Assembly (NCBI GenBank): GCA_020137815.1
Contig: CM035358.1
Location: 2,666,001 to 2,730,000, forward strand
DNA from: Hormiphora californensis
Lineage: Eukaryota; Animalia; Ctenophora
Length of the DNA: 64,000 nt
Direction: 5' to 3'
The position numbers and the translations under genes are program-made. The notes beneath the pieces are model-generated. The model was not told where the DNA came from, made no database searches, and saw nothing but the letters and a program-made list of their open reading frames with translations. Shown piece after piece: positions 1 to 41,528 of the stretch. Within the stretch, counting starts at the first letter, position 1, and each line of letters starts with the position of its first letter.

Positions 1-3
1 ATC

Positions 4-3000
4 ATGCCGGCCTCAAAATTAGATTTGATTGAGACTCACCTGGTATGAGTGGTATGTTAAAGATTTCTCTATAAACACTGTCTATGACAATGTAGTAAAT
101 TTAATATTTCTTTTTCTAACACCCGCCCTCCATTGTTAGCCAGAGTTGTGGTTTCCAATCTCGAACAAACAACAGACTTTCTTTAGTGATTCCATAGACT
201 TTTTTCGCTTGCAGAATAGTTCTCCTAACTACAGTATATCATTGCATGGTCCTAACCCTTTGATTATCCTATTTCGATTTGTCTAGGTCAGACTTTACAA
301 TAAAAAAGATCTACTCGTTTACCCAATTGACCTTACCACCAGTGTGTGTAGGAGAGATGGAGAAGCTAATAACACAAGCCCAGTATCAGGCTACCAGCGC
401 AGGTGCAACGCTTTACCTTATCGTGATACCCATTATCTATGCGGCCATCTTTCACCTTACTGACTCCAACATTGCCCTACACGTGAGTAAAACATTATCA
501 TATATGGTCATAACTCCATATATGGTCATATCACGTGACATTTCCCAGTTAGGAGAGGAAAGCAATGAGGCTATTGTGGCCAAGGCTCTTCAGTTCGCTG
601 GTACCGCAATAGGATGTGTGGTGGCGGGGATTCTCAGTGACAATTTTGGGAGAAAGGTACAGTTATTGAATCACTTGACATTACATTTTGGGGGGATCAC
701 ACAGATCCGATTGCCATATTTTTCTATTTCTGCTTTCTTTTCGTTCCCCCGTGGGGGGCCAGGGATTTTCATTCTTTGTTCCAGGTAGTCCTATTATCAG
801 CGATACTATTGGAGGGGCTCAGTATGACCATGTTAATTGTATTCAGGGATTCCATCTGGGCAAGGACTACCATCGAGTGAGTAGAAATAGTTTACTAAAT
901 CATTAACTTAATCATTCTGAATTGCTCCTGAAACTGATCATAGATTGATACTTATTAAAGTTCTAATATCTTGAAGTCTAACTAATGAATTGTTTCAAAA
1001 CCGCAGATTTTTCATTGGATTCTTTAGCTGCTACATTGTTCCTGCTCAAGCACTCTTGGGAGAATGGATGACTAGCTCACACCGCAGGCCAGCCCTAGCC
1101 GCGTCCTGGGTATCCATGTCACTAGGTAACAATCAATAAGTAACCATAGTAACCTAATGCGGTACCATATAAGTAATAGTAACTGATTAATAGATGTTAC
1201 CATGGTAGCTATGTATCACCCCTACAACTCCTCTACAGGTTTGGTGTTGGCGGGTGGCATTATGATGATATTTCCAAATAACGGGGAATTCCTTTCCATC
1301 GTAGTGGTCTTCCTCGCTGGCTTCCTAATTACAGGATTTCTTACTGTTGACGAGTCTATTAGATGGCTAGTAGCTACAGAACAGGTAGGCAGATACCCTC
1401 AAGATCTGTATTCTCCCGCCCCTGTACTGATAACTCAACTAAATATTTGATTCGAATTTTTCTGTTTCACACGAGTCACTATAATTGATCATTCCATCCG
1501 ACAGAAAGATAAAGTACAGTACCTTGTTAACCGGATAACCTACAGAGAGGGAGTGGATGTGATGGGATATGAAGAGGCGAGACATCCAGACACACCGACC
1601 CATTACAACATATTCCACCTTATATTGATACCACGGTCACGTGAGTACATTCTTCATACCATAGTTTAAATTGCCTTGCTCGACCCCTCTCCCTCCTTGC
1701 CCCACACCCCACGACAATTTTTTCCCTGCCCGGGTGATTGCCGAAGGCAATCACCCGGGATGATGTTTTTAGCACGCACGTGCTAAAAAGATCATTCAGG
1801 GTTTAGAAATCAGCAGATTGTGTAGTTAACTAAAATGTCCGTCCGTCCGTCCGTCCACCGTTACACATAGCAACAAAGTCTGCTCCTTCATAAATCTTTC
1901 AACTCACACTTTGTTAATGCAACAAAGGAAATGATTAACACACATTGTGGCGCGCAATTCCTCACTCGTATCACTTCCTATTTTCACCTGAAATCACTTT
2001 GGGTACCCTACAGCCGTACCATGACGTGGTAGCAAGTCTTCCAAGCATGAAACTACTATCACACAATAATTGCAAGTGACTGGTGTTAAGATTACTGAGG
2101 CCTGAGGGTAAAGGTGAAGCGCTTGGTCACCAACTAAGGTCTCCTAAGCAACTGTCTTGGTTATCATAGCAACTGCCTTGGTTACCATAGCAACCACCCT
2201 GGTTACCATAGCAACTAACATCGTATCAGCCAAAAATTGCTCTTAGAGTGCAAAATTCATCGGAAAATCTGAATTTGAAGCTTAGTCATCAATTTAACAC
2301 CCATCAGGGGCAGGGAAACACCGCATTATGAATACATAATGCAATAATTCTTGTTTTTATACTGATGCATCCCTGCACAACTCTAATTTACCGATCCCTC
2401 ACCTTTAGGTCTGGCAATAATTCTACTGGTCCAACTGTCCTGCGGAGGATTCTACTTTCTCTTCCAAGCTATCGAATTAGGGGTCAGGATCAGTGATCTG
2501 AACTATGGGTTTCAGAAACAGTATGTCCTAGTAGTTGGGGGAGCGGTGTCTTGCCTCGGAATTGTGGCTTTTGCCCTCCTTTCCAAAGTCATGGGTAAAT
2601 ATATCATCATGTTTCTTGTCCGATATTATAGTTTTATCGACATGTTATTTATTGGAGAGTTACGTCACTTCCCGCAGTTGTACTACACCATACTAACATC
2701 TATCATTTAGGATGTGGGTCGAATATTATAAAACACCCTGTAGGGTAAACCGGGGCAAAATGGTTAACTTTTTACTTAATCGGTTCTCACCCCCATTTAA
2801 AAAAAGATAAGATGAAAAAAATTATATAGGATTGAAATTCATTATTTTATCTTTCAAATAAGATAAATTTCAACCCTAGGGACCATTATTTACTTAATTA
2901 AATACCTAATTTAAAAATTTTGGTAGGCAAAATTGGTACCGGGGCAAATTGGTTAATTGGCCCGTAGCGCCAAAACTAAGCATTTTAGGGTATATGTTTG

Positions 3001-4283
3001 TTCATAAGTCATATATAAACCTGGCCATTCCGGAGCGGATTCTATAAGGAAAAATCAATTGGGTCACCCAATTAGCCACAATCAGCATACCCATCTTGGC
3101 AAACACAAAAGACGTCATATTTCACTGGGATTTCACTAATTCGCCATTTATGAGTTATAACTCCAAAACTAAGCATTTTATACCATATGATGCTTCATAA
3201 GGACATGTTTATATATGACTTATGAAGCAAAATGTGGTCTCAAATGCTTAGTTTTGGAGTTATGGGCGATTTAGTGAAATCCCAGTGAAATATGACGTCT
3301 TTTGTGTGTGCCAAGATGGGTATGCTGATTGTGGCTAATTGGGTGACCCAATTGATTTTTCCTTATAGAATCCGCTCCGGAATGGCCAGGTTTATATATG
3401 ACTTATGAACAAATATATACCCTAAAATGCTTAGTTTTGGCGCTACGGGCCAATTAACCAATTTGCCCCGGTACCAATTTTACCTACCAAAATTTTTAAA
3501 TTAGGTATTTAATTAAGTAAATAATGGTCCCTAGGGTTGAAATTTATCTTATTTGAAAGATAAAATAATGAATTTCAATCCTATATAATTTTTTTCATCT
3601 TATCTTTTTTTAAATGGGGGTGAGAACCGATTAAGTAAAAAGTTAACCATTTTGCCCCGGTTTACCCTACTAGCCAGTAGCCACTACACATATTAACTTG
3701 TGACGTCACTCAGGTCGAAGGATCACGGTGGGCTTGTTACTAGTTGCAAACTCAACAGCCATCGTCCTACAGTTCGTATTCGAAACGAATTCCCTGGGGT
3801 TACTTATCTGTGCAGGCATCCTCGCGTAAGTATAGTTGTCTTCTTGTTGTAAGTGGTTATTGGTTAACCCTTGTTATCCCCTTACTCAACAAGTTAACCC
3901 TGTGTTACCTTTGTTACGATGATGCTAACCATAACTCCCACTATTTCAGGTTATTCAGTCTACCATTAACATATGCAGCAGTTCTATGGACTCTGGAGCT
4001 CTGCCCCACTACCCTCCGATCCCAAGCTCTGGGTTGCGTCTTCGCCGGCCTTGGAATCTCGGGCATCTGCACCTGTGTACCAAGCAGCGACATAACTAGT
4101 ATCTTTGAGATTGTTGCATCGCTAGTGTTGTGTGGAGAGAGTCTCCTGTTACCGACTACTAGAGACTATCTACCGGAGACTGAGGCTGAGATGCCACATT
4201 CGAGGTTGAATTGTATTACTGATTGCTGTTGTAGTAGGGAGGGTGATGGGGAGACTGATAGTTTAGTTAGAAATGGGAGGTGA
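4..4283 (+). CDS. Multi-exon SLC22/organic cation transporter-like MFS transporter
   Basis: Exon peptides carry SLC22/MFS motifs: GILSDNFGRK (motif A, ~625-656), ESIRWL (~1350), GRR (~3714), WTLELCPTTLRSQALG and terminal LPET (3950-4283). GT-AG introns separate them. ATG at 4 followed by a donor at 43 is the tentative first exon; internal exon boundaries are only partly resolved. Confidence 0.8.
1718..2355 (+). mobile_element. Non-autonomous Helentron/DINE-1-like element (HINE), copy 1, intronic
   Basis: 5' T-run+TTCCCTGCCC with inverted GGGCAGGGAAA at 2308-2318 (subterminal IR). Also 5' hairpins, a (GTCC)n microsatellite at 1837-1856, 3' hairpin GCATTATG-AATA-CATAATGC at 2323-2342, and a T-rich end. 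The same ends occur at 7625, 22727, 28567 and 46683. Confidence 0.7.
2743..3667. mobile_element. Foldback MITE (Tc1/mariner-pogo-like), ~925 bp near-perfect palindrome
   Basis: GGGTAAACCGGGGCAAAATGG...CCATTTTGCCCCGGTTTACCC termini, ~400-bp near-identical inverted arms, TA on both flanks. Confidence 0.85.
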
Positions 4284-4904
4284 TCTGATACTGAACTTTT
4301 TAGATGTTGTACAGTTTAAATCGTTGCTTTGTAAGAATTAATTTTCAATTTCGAAAGAGGACTTCTGCCTTCTCCAACCACACACAGTGTATCCCATTGA
4401 TTCTAGGTAAAGGTACAGCACTGACTAATGCAGTCGGACCCCAATACACCACATGGATGCTTGGTACAAAGCGAGTTGCGAGTGGCTAAGTTACACCTCT
4501 CATAGCTTCCACCGGCGAGAGGCAAATGGTAGGTTGCAGTCACCGGTGACCGGCTCCCTAAAAACCGTCGGTAGGTCTTACCGACCGAATGGAGTTGAGC
4601 GCGGGAGAGGTACCAACAATAGCTTGTTTTCTATCTTTCATGTTGGCGCGCGTTACAGCATTGTTAATGATTCAACGGTTTTGATGCCGTGGGTCATGAT
4701 TCATTTTGTTATGAGGTCTGGTGAGCGCTAATGTAACTGGGAGTGACATGCAACATTTATCACACATTTTATAGAAGTTTCCCAAATTCTACACACCAAT
4801 TAACCCCGTAACTGTCTTATTTATATATTAGTCCCCTCAAAAGTCAAATATCGAAGTTCGAACCACCCCAGTTCTCCCTCAAATCCCTCTAATCCGTGTG
4901 TAGC

Positions 4905-34208
<29,304 letters not shown>

Positions 34209-34333
34209 AACTAAACAAAATGCCTAAATTTTAGTGCTTAGTGCCATAGAAATAATAGTAAGTAACTCAATTCATACTCTGCCAAATAATTTACATTTTA
34301 ACAAAAAACAATAATCAATTTTGTCCAATACAT

Positions 34334-36135
34334 TTACAAAATATTCTGCTGAACAGGCCACAACTTTTCCAACATTCCAAGGGTCTGTTTCTGAATCCAA
34401 TCTATAGAATGTGCGACTGAATAAGCATCACCCACGGACCGAGCAATAGTGACAGCAACGGGAGTCTCCTCTACGGCCAGCATTCCCCTTACCTCCCCCA
34501 TCATTGTTAGAACCTCACTCTCACTAGAAACATGTTCAGGAAGATCTGTTTGTTGGGCCGCGTAATATAATCCTCCTAGTTCAATAATTTCCTCATCCTT
34601 AGCAACACAATCCCTTGCCTCCGCTAACTCTGGATCGGTTTTACACATTCGTTTGAGTTCTTTAAGTTGCTTCCGTCTCCGCTCTGCTTGTTCTTCGGAT
34701 GTTTTGCCGTCAGGGTGAAAAGCGAAGAGAGTCTTTAGTTTGGTGAAGTGAGGACCAAGCACAGATCGGAAGGGGTTCTGGGTGGAAAAGAAGTCTAGAT
34801 CGATGTCAAGGATCCATGGTGAGGTTAAACTTGGAATTGGGTATCCGGATGGTATAACAGTCAACTCGAACTCTCTGGGGAATAAAATATTAGTAGTTAG
34901 TAGTCTAGCCTTCAGGGTACACATAAATATCAACACAAGGGGGGGGGGGGTCCAGCCCTAAAAAAAGCTAAGCTAACGGCCAAGATCAGGGTACCTTTAG
35001 CTTTTTTTAGCTTTTTTTAGCTTTTTTAGCTTTTTTTAGCCTTTTTTAGCTTTTTTTAGCTTTTTTAGCTTTCTTTAGCTTTTTTTAGCTTTTTTAAGGC
35101 TAAAAAAGCTAAAAAAAGCTAAAAAAAGCTAAAATTGAGTTTTTAGTGGATTCATATAGGTTCGAATTCCGCTGACGCCAAATTTTTTAAACTTTTATTA
35201 TAAAGTTTTATAACGTTTTTTGAACTTTTTTAAAACTATTTTTATCAAATTTGAATAATATTTTTATCGAAAAAATGTCTCCAGAAAATGGCAGTAGGGG
35301 TGGATACAGAAATTGCTATGTATGGACATAAACGGTAGATTATGGTAAAAAATGTGCAGGAAATGAACAAATGCAGTCAATAGACGTCCGGAAGGATGAA
35401 AATTTAATGGAAAAGTGTCAAGATGAATGCTGAAAAAACATAAAAAGTAGGGCTAAAAAAAGCTAAAAAAAGCTAAAAAAAGCTAAAATAAAAAACGCTA
35501 TCGACCAAAATCAGGGTACCTTTAGCTTTTTTTAGGGCTGGACCCCCCCCCCCCCCCCACACAATTTAAATTTGCAAATGGAATCCAATCATCTTATGTT
35601 AAATGACTAACCTAGTTTCGTACAGATTACTACCAAAAGAGTCCGGATCGGAAACATAATATTCCAAGTCACTGTTCACTCTTAACCTCCCTCTCTCACT
35701 TCCTATTCTTATCCTCTGCGTGCCCAGGGGGATCTGGTCTGACCAATGAGGTTTAACCCACACAACCCGTGATATGTGACCCATGTAGACAGCGGGAAGA
35801 ATCCAATCTGATATCGACAACTCTTCAAGAAGTGTTGACCGGTCTGAAAACTGAGAGAAAATTTGTTCTAAATTTGCACATTGATTAGCACTGATTCCTG
35901 TCAAAACCTGTCCAAAAAATAAAGTTGAACTCTAATTTGTGGGGGTGTAAGGGCACAATACCTGTTCAATTGGGAGGTCAGCAGGTGGAGCAAGATCAGG
36001 ATGAGAGTCGTAATGAACAAGAGTTAGACCGTTGAAGGGAATTTTCTTTCTTGCAATAAGTTTGTAAATAAAATCGAGTGCCCTGTTATGGTCGTCCACT
36101 ATTTCCATTGGAATAGCTGGTTGTACAGCCGCCAT
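34334..36135 (-). CDS. C5orf22: UPF0489 family protein (C5orf22 homolog), ~317 aa
   Basis: Exons 36135-35962, 35850-35612 and 34874-34334 are in phase. Motifs IVDDHN, HYDSHPDL, LSISDWILPAVYMGH, ILDIDLDFFSTQNPF, TIARS. Confidence 0.88.
34939..35558. mobile_element. Foldback element with poly-G/poly-C termini in C5orf22 intron 2
   Basis: G12-TCCAGCCCTAAAAAAAGCTAA ... TTAGCTTTTTTTAGGGCTGGA-C16, internal AGCTAAAAAA arrays, ACACAA on both flanks. Confidence 0.75.
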
Positions 36136-36179
36136 GTCAGTCTGGTGGGAATTTCACTACTTAATATATTAATTTTTTT

Positions 36180-36289
36180 AAGTGGTTCGTAGACTGAAAA
36201 TCCGGCTGTATAAGTACTCCGGTTGGTCGATGTGAGAGCCAATCAGGAGCCAGCAGCACAGGCCAGGATTTTCAGTCTACGAACCACTT
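36180..36289. repeat. 24-bp perfect inverted repeat (mini TIR element) 45 bp upstream of the C5orf22 ATG
   Basis: AAGTGGTTCGTAGACTGAAAATCC / GGATTTTCAGTCTACGAACCACTT enclosing AGCCAATCAG. Confidence 0.8.
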
Positions 36290-36809
36290 CAACTTCATCA
36301 TCAAGTCATACTTCCATCGTATGCCCGTTTGAGCTCTTAGTTCCCTCCCGCTAGCTTGGTCAGGGCGTTTGTCACCAAGCTGTTGGGGAGCGGAAACGGT
36401 CCCTGACCGATGCTCTTTCAAGCTGAATCTAAAGGAATCAATGTCACAGTTCACCTCACATGTGTTTAACCCTGTCACGCCCGTGCTTTTTAAATTACCA
36501 TAACTCCGGATCCAGATAAGATAGAGACTTCATCCCGGCTGCGTTGACAAGCTTTTCTTAATACCTTTACACCACAACCGGGATGAAGCCTCTAATGTCC
36601 ATTTTTTTTCAACTGTTCACCCCCCAAAGTCGTGCGCGGAATTGTTTTGCGCGTTTATCACATGTTAACGTGTAGCGCGCGCAGCGTAAATTTAAATATC
36701 GCACGCGCACGAGTTGAGGGGTGAACAGTTGAATAAAAATGGACTTTAGCTTATCAGGAACCGGGAGAAGTATGGCGGCGCATTGACGCAAAATCAAAAA
36801 AAATAAAAA

Positions 36810-36981
36810 CATGGAGGCGAGACACTGTGTTGAGACGCGCACCATTGCGACGCGCATTGCGACGCGCATTTTGGCTTTGCGACGCGCATTTAAGCATTGC
36901 GATGCGCGTCGCAAAGCCAAAATGCGTGTCGCAATGCGCGTCGCAATGGTGCGCGTCTCAACACAGTGTCTCGCCTCCATG
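36810..36981. mobile_element. Palindromic MITE, 172 bp
   Basis: CATGGAGGCGAGACACTGTGTTGAGACGCGC... near-perfect hairpin flanked by duplicated AAAAAAATAAAAA. Confidence 0.8.
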
Positions 36982-38169
36982 AAAAAAATAAAAAAACGTG
37001 TTTCAAAAAACATGTTTTTAAAAAAACATGTTTTCGAAAATTTTGATTTTGCGTCAATGCGCCACGTAAGCCGGCTCAATGACGCAAAATCATGTTTTCG
37101 AAAATTTTTATTTTGCGTCAATGCGCCACGTGGCCGGCGCATTGACGCAAAATCAAAATTTTCGGAAAAAAAACATGTTTTCGAAAATGTTGATTTTGCG
37201 TCATTGAGCCGGCGACGTGGCGCATTGACGCAAAATCAAAATTTTCGAAAAATGAAAATGAAAATGAACTTCAATATTTATATTTGAGTCATATAAGTGA
37301 CTCGTCCCGCTCTCACACTACAGACATATACAAATAAGTCATATATATCCTACAAGGCTGAGAGGCTTAGAGCTTCAGCAGTTACCTAAAGCGGGCTTGC
37401 GACTGAGATGGACAGTAGGCACGGAAACAATGATCTAATAACTATCTGGATAGAAAACAATGGGTAGATTTAACAGTAAAAATAACTAACTAAGTTAATT
37501 AATTATTAAGTTAGAAATAGTTTAATAAGTTAACTAACTATAACTTGCTCCTCACATTCACACACACATGTCACACACACATGTCACACACACACATACA
37601 CACACGTCACACACACACACACATACCAAAATCAACGCCTACACACGCCACACACATACAAACACTGTCAAGATTAGTCGGTATAATAAATTAATTAAAA
37701 AATTTTTTCACCACAAAAAGGATGTAAATTAAAACCTAATATTTACCCAAAAACGGTATTAAGTTATAAATAGCATATCGTTATCACATTATCACACAAG
37801 AGGTTTGAACATTGAGCATATTAAGATTAGACAATCCATTACATTTACACAGGTTGCATTTTTCATCACCACTTTCAAATGTTCATTGTTCTTATTGGGT
37901 ACGCTGCGTTAGCTGTGTTTTCATTCGTTTCGTTTGGCGTGCACGTCACACGATTCGTTTCTCCTGGCCCATACTCGGCCAATTCTCTTTACCCTCATCT
38001 CTACCCAACATCTCAAAAGCCAAGATTTTGTCTATTTAGATTTCACACACCAACGAACAAATATTCTCAAAAAACTTAACCTAACTCTGGTAAATAAATA
38101 TGGTCACTCTCCTAACTCTGGATGGTGGAGGATAGGGATGATGGAGAGTGTTTAGGAATGTTGAAGTGA

Positions 38170-38495
38170 TATAGGGACTAGGATGGATGTAGGGAGGGTA
38201 GGACTGATGAAGGAGGATAGGACTGATAAAGGAGGGCAGGGCTGAAAAAGACGGTAGGACTAATGAAGAAGGGAGGGTAGGACTGATGAAGGAGGGTAGG
38301 ACTGTTGAAGGAGGTTAGGACTGATGAAATGAAGGCGGGTAGGACTGATGATTGATGAAGGAGGGTAGGACTGATGAAGGAGGGAGGGAGGGTAGGACTG
38401 AAGAAGGAGGGCAGGACTGATGAAGGAGGGTAGGACTGATGAGGGAGGGTAGGACTGATGAAGGAGGGGGTAGGACTGATGAAGGGGGTAGCCGG
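38170..38495. repeat. ~19-bp minisatellite (GTAGGACTGATGAAGGAGG) in the LINE 3' UTR
   Basis: About 15 imperfect tandem copies. Confidence 0.9.
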
Positions 38496-38595
38496 TAGCA
38501 CAGGATAATAGAGGGTGTTGATGATGATGGATGTTGGAGGGCGGCAAGTGGATGGTGGGATAGGTCAGAGTTTCCAGGAGTAAAGAGGAAGGAAA

Positions 38596-41526
38596 TTAGT
38601 CGTAGGCAAGTTTGAACAGGTAGGTCTTTAGTGATTTTTTGAAAGTTACCACGGATTCACTGTTTCTGATGTACTTTGGCAGTTTGTTCCATAGTTTCGG
38701 TGCCGTGACACTGAAAGCTTTTTCAGTGACCTTGTACTTGGTATGACGTTCCTCTAATCTTGAAACATCTTCATCTACTCTGAGTCGCTTAGCTTTTGTT
38801 TGCCTCCTTTGGATCATTTCTGTCATATAGCTTGGGGATCTACCATTTAGGGCATTGTATATCATCAGACATGCTTTAAACTCGATACGATGTTTTACGG
38901 GAAGAAAGTGCGACTTCTTCCTTAGTTCTGTGACCCCTCTCCTGCTTCTTTGACCATGTATGAAGCGTGTGGCTGCATTTTGAAGTAATTGGAGTCGTTT
39001 AACGTCTGATTCTTTCGACCTTAGTAGTAGTGCGTTGCAGTAATCTATCCTCGAGTGTATCAAGGTGTTAACAAGGAGAGTCTTTTGGTGTTTGTTCAGC
39101 TTACTAGCTATCCTCCACATGTTTGTCAGCTGAAGGTTGCCCATCTGAACTATCCGCGATACATGTTTGGTCATGTTGAGCTCTTTGTCGAACATAACTC
39201 CCAGGTTCTTTGCAACATCAGTAACTCCTATTTCTTCTTCTTCAGTTATAGGGACTGTTTCCGGTGCATCTGTTTTATCCCATCTGGTTCTTAGTATCAT
39301 TACTTCGGTCTTGTCAGGATTAAGCTTCAGGAGATTTTGAGCCATCCAGAGTCGTATATGGGCAACACATTTTTGTACCTGGCTCATTGCTGACTGTAGG
39401 TCCTGAGGCACGAATGAAATGGAGAGTTGGGTATCATCAGCGTACATATGGATGTTAAGATTGTACAACTGAGCAATTTTCTCCAGGTCTCGGGTGTATA
39501 AAATGAAAAGGAGGGGCCCCAAAATACTCCCCTGAGGGACTCCTATTTTCATATCCACAGCTGCAGATTCGTTTGGTCCAATCTTTACTCTCGCTGTTCT
39601 TTCCTCTAGATAAGACTCGATCCATTTCAACACCTTACCAGTGATGCCATAATCGTGTTTGAGTCGTTGGATTAGTCTGGGGTGGGAGATCGTGTCAAAG
39701 GCTGCAGATAAATCCAACAGCACTAAAATGACTTTCGTTTTCTTGTCCATTTGTATCAGGATATCGTTCACAATCTTAACAGTGGCGGTCTCACAGCTAT
39801 GCGCTTCCCTGTACGCTGACTGAACGGAGCTGAACAGTTTATTTGTCTCTATATGCTGTGTCAATTGCTGGGCAACACACTTTTCCAGTATCTTGGATAT
39901 AAACGACAAGTTTGATATTGGCCTATAGCTGCTGAGTTCATCAGGGTCGAGGTCTTTGTTCTTGAAGGAGGGACGTATAACAGCTGATTTTAGGTTAGTT
40001 GGGACCACTCCATCAGACATACTGCGGTTGACAATCTTAGATATGATGGGCAAGAGTTCTGGTAGTGAACTGCCGACCATGGTTGATGGGATAGGGTCCA
40101 GCGGGCAGTGTTTCTTGTTCATACTCCGGATGATAGATACTAGTTCAGTGTCAGAAACTGCCTTAAACTTTGAGAGATTAGGGCAGTTATGAGATGATGG
40201 TTGTTGTGGAATAGGTGGTAGCTCGGCTGAGTAAGCAGGGTCTTCTTTGATTTTCTCGTATATCTTATCAATCTTGGAGGTAAAATACTGCATCATCTTG
40301 TCTGGAAGCGTCTCCGGTTCATCTGTGGTTGGTAGCTGCTTCGGAACTTTCTCTTTGCCAAGAAGATAGTTTAAGATCTGATATGTAGCAGCAGGGTTAC
40401 CTTCAGCAGCTTCAAGGCGGTTTCGGAAGAACATCTTTCTGGCTCGAGTAAAAACAATCTTGGCTGCACGAATCTCAGTGATGAACTCCTTTTCTGCATC
40501 AAGTACTTTTTCATGGGGAACGGATTTACCTTTGTTTTTTCTCTTCAGAGCTTGTTTTAACACTTTCTTGTACCTTCGTTCAGCTCTCCTTCTCCTTCGG
40601 AGGGCATCGTAACACTCCTGATTAAACCATTGAGGTTTGTTTGAGAGTTTGATGTCCTTGTCTTCGATCGGTGCAAGTTCGTCGAGTATTTGTTCCAGTG
40701 TATTGTTGTATAGTTCAACACATTCCTCCACGGTGTTCGGGAGTGGTTGTTTACAGAGTTTTGAACCAAGTATACGCTTCCTCAAAGTTTCAATCGAAAT
40801 TTTCTTAAACGATCTCCCAGTAACTGTTTTGCAGCTTGGTTTTCTGTTTGCTGATCCACAGTGCAGATGGAATTCAATGAGAAAATGGTCAGGAACCTCA
40901 GGGGTAGGGGTAACATTCACCGAGCTTACTGATGGGAGATCCTTCGTCAATACAAGGTCTAGTGTTCCACCTAGAATATGGGTCGGTTCCTGGACATGCT
41001 GGACCCACCCATGGTCTGCAAGGATCTGTTGAAAACCATTTGAAAAAGAACAAGTCGCAGTTTCGATGTGGATATTGAAATCACCAGTTATCACAAGGTG
41101 ACCAGACATTGATGAAAATGAGGATAGGAAGGCTTCAAAATCGTCAAGAAACTCTGTGTGCTTGGAGAGATTTGGGGGGCGATAGAGTACAGCCATTCTA
41201 GTGTGATCGATACCTGGACCATTGACAGTGGCTTCAAGAAGCTCAAAGGTTGGAAACTTTCTTTGTTTACATTTCTTAACCTTGAGTCCATCCCTGTAGA
41301 TCAGTGCAACACCACCTCCTCTACTGCCTCTAGCCACATTCAGTAGTTCAAAGTTATGCTCCGTGACTTCTCGAGATAGGGCATGATCGCTTGAGGATAA
41401 CCATGACTCTGTTATACAGAGAATATCAAGTTCCTGTTCTGCAGCAAGAATTAGCACTTCTTCGGTTTTGTTTCTTAGCGAACAGCAATTCAGGTTACCG
41501 ATCCGAAGATAAGGGACTTTGTGCAT
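38596..41526 (-). CDS. LINE ORF2: AP endonuclease + reverse transcriptase
   Basis: APE motifs: NCCSLRNK, ITESWL, GGGVAL, YRPP, GDFNIH, PTH..GGTLDLV, PDH. RT motifs: YRPISNL, LDLSAAFDTISH, GVPQGSILGP, YADD. First ATG at 41526; the frame is open to 41574. Confidence 0.96.
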   Translation of the reverse strand: MHKVPYLRIGNLNCCSLRNKTEEVLILAAEQELDILCITESWLSSSDHALSREVTEHNFELLNVARGSRGGGVALIYRDGLKVKKCKQRKFPTFELLEATVNGPGIDHTRMAVLYRPPNLSKHTEFLDDFEAFLSSFSSMSGHLVITGDFNIHIETATCSFSNGFQQILADHGWVQHVQEPTHILGGTLDLVLTKDLPSVSSVNVTPTPEVPDHFLIEFHLHCGSANRKPSCKTVTGRSFKKISIETLRKRILGSKLCKQPLPNTVEECVELYNNTLEQILDELAPIEDKDIKLSNKPQWFNQECYDALRRRRRAERRYKKVLKQALKRKNKGKSVPHEKVLDAEKEFITEIRAAKIVFTRARKMFFRNRLEAAEGNPAATYQILNYLLGKEKVPKQLPTTDEPETLPDKMMQYFTSKIDKIYEKIKEDPAYSAELPPIPQQPSSHNCPNLSKFKAVSDTELVSIIRSMNKKHCPLDPIPSTMVGSSLPELLPIISKIVNRSMSDGVVPTNLKSAVIRPSFKNKDLDPDELSSYRPISNLSFISKILEKCVAQQLTQHIETNKLFSSVQSAYREAHSCETATVKIVNDILIQMDKKTKVILVLLDLSAAFDTISHPRLIQRLKHDYGITGKVLKWIESYLEERTARVKIGPNESAAVDMKIGVPQGSILGPLLFILYTRDLEKIAQLYNLNIHMYADDTQLSISFVPQDLQSAMSQVQKCVAHIRLWMAQNLLKLNPDKTEVMILRTRWDKTDAPETVPITEEEEIGVTDVAKNLGVMFDKELNMTKHVSRIVQMGNLQLTNMWRIASKLNKHQKTLLVNTLIHSRIDYCNALLLRSKESDVKRLQLLQNAATRFIHGQRSRRGVTELRKKSHFLPVKHRIEFKACLMIYNALNGRSPSYMTEMIQRRQTKAKRLRVDEDVSRLEERHTKYKVTEKAFSVTAPKLWNKLPKYIRNSESVVTFKKSLKTYLFKLAYD

Positions 41527-41528
41527 AT

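Noticed and set aside
36609-37287. ORFs of 177 and 158 aa on opposite strands
   Set aside because: Artefacts of a palindrome: the same peptide appears on both strands.
38170-38495. Tandem hammerhead ribozymes (repeated CTGATGA)
   Set aside because: No paired GAAA core or complementary stems; it is a purine-rich minisatellite antisense to the LINE.
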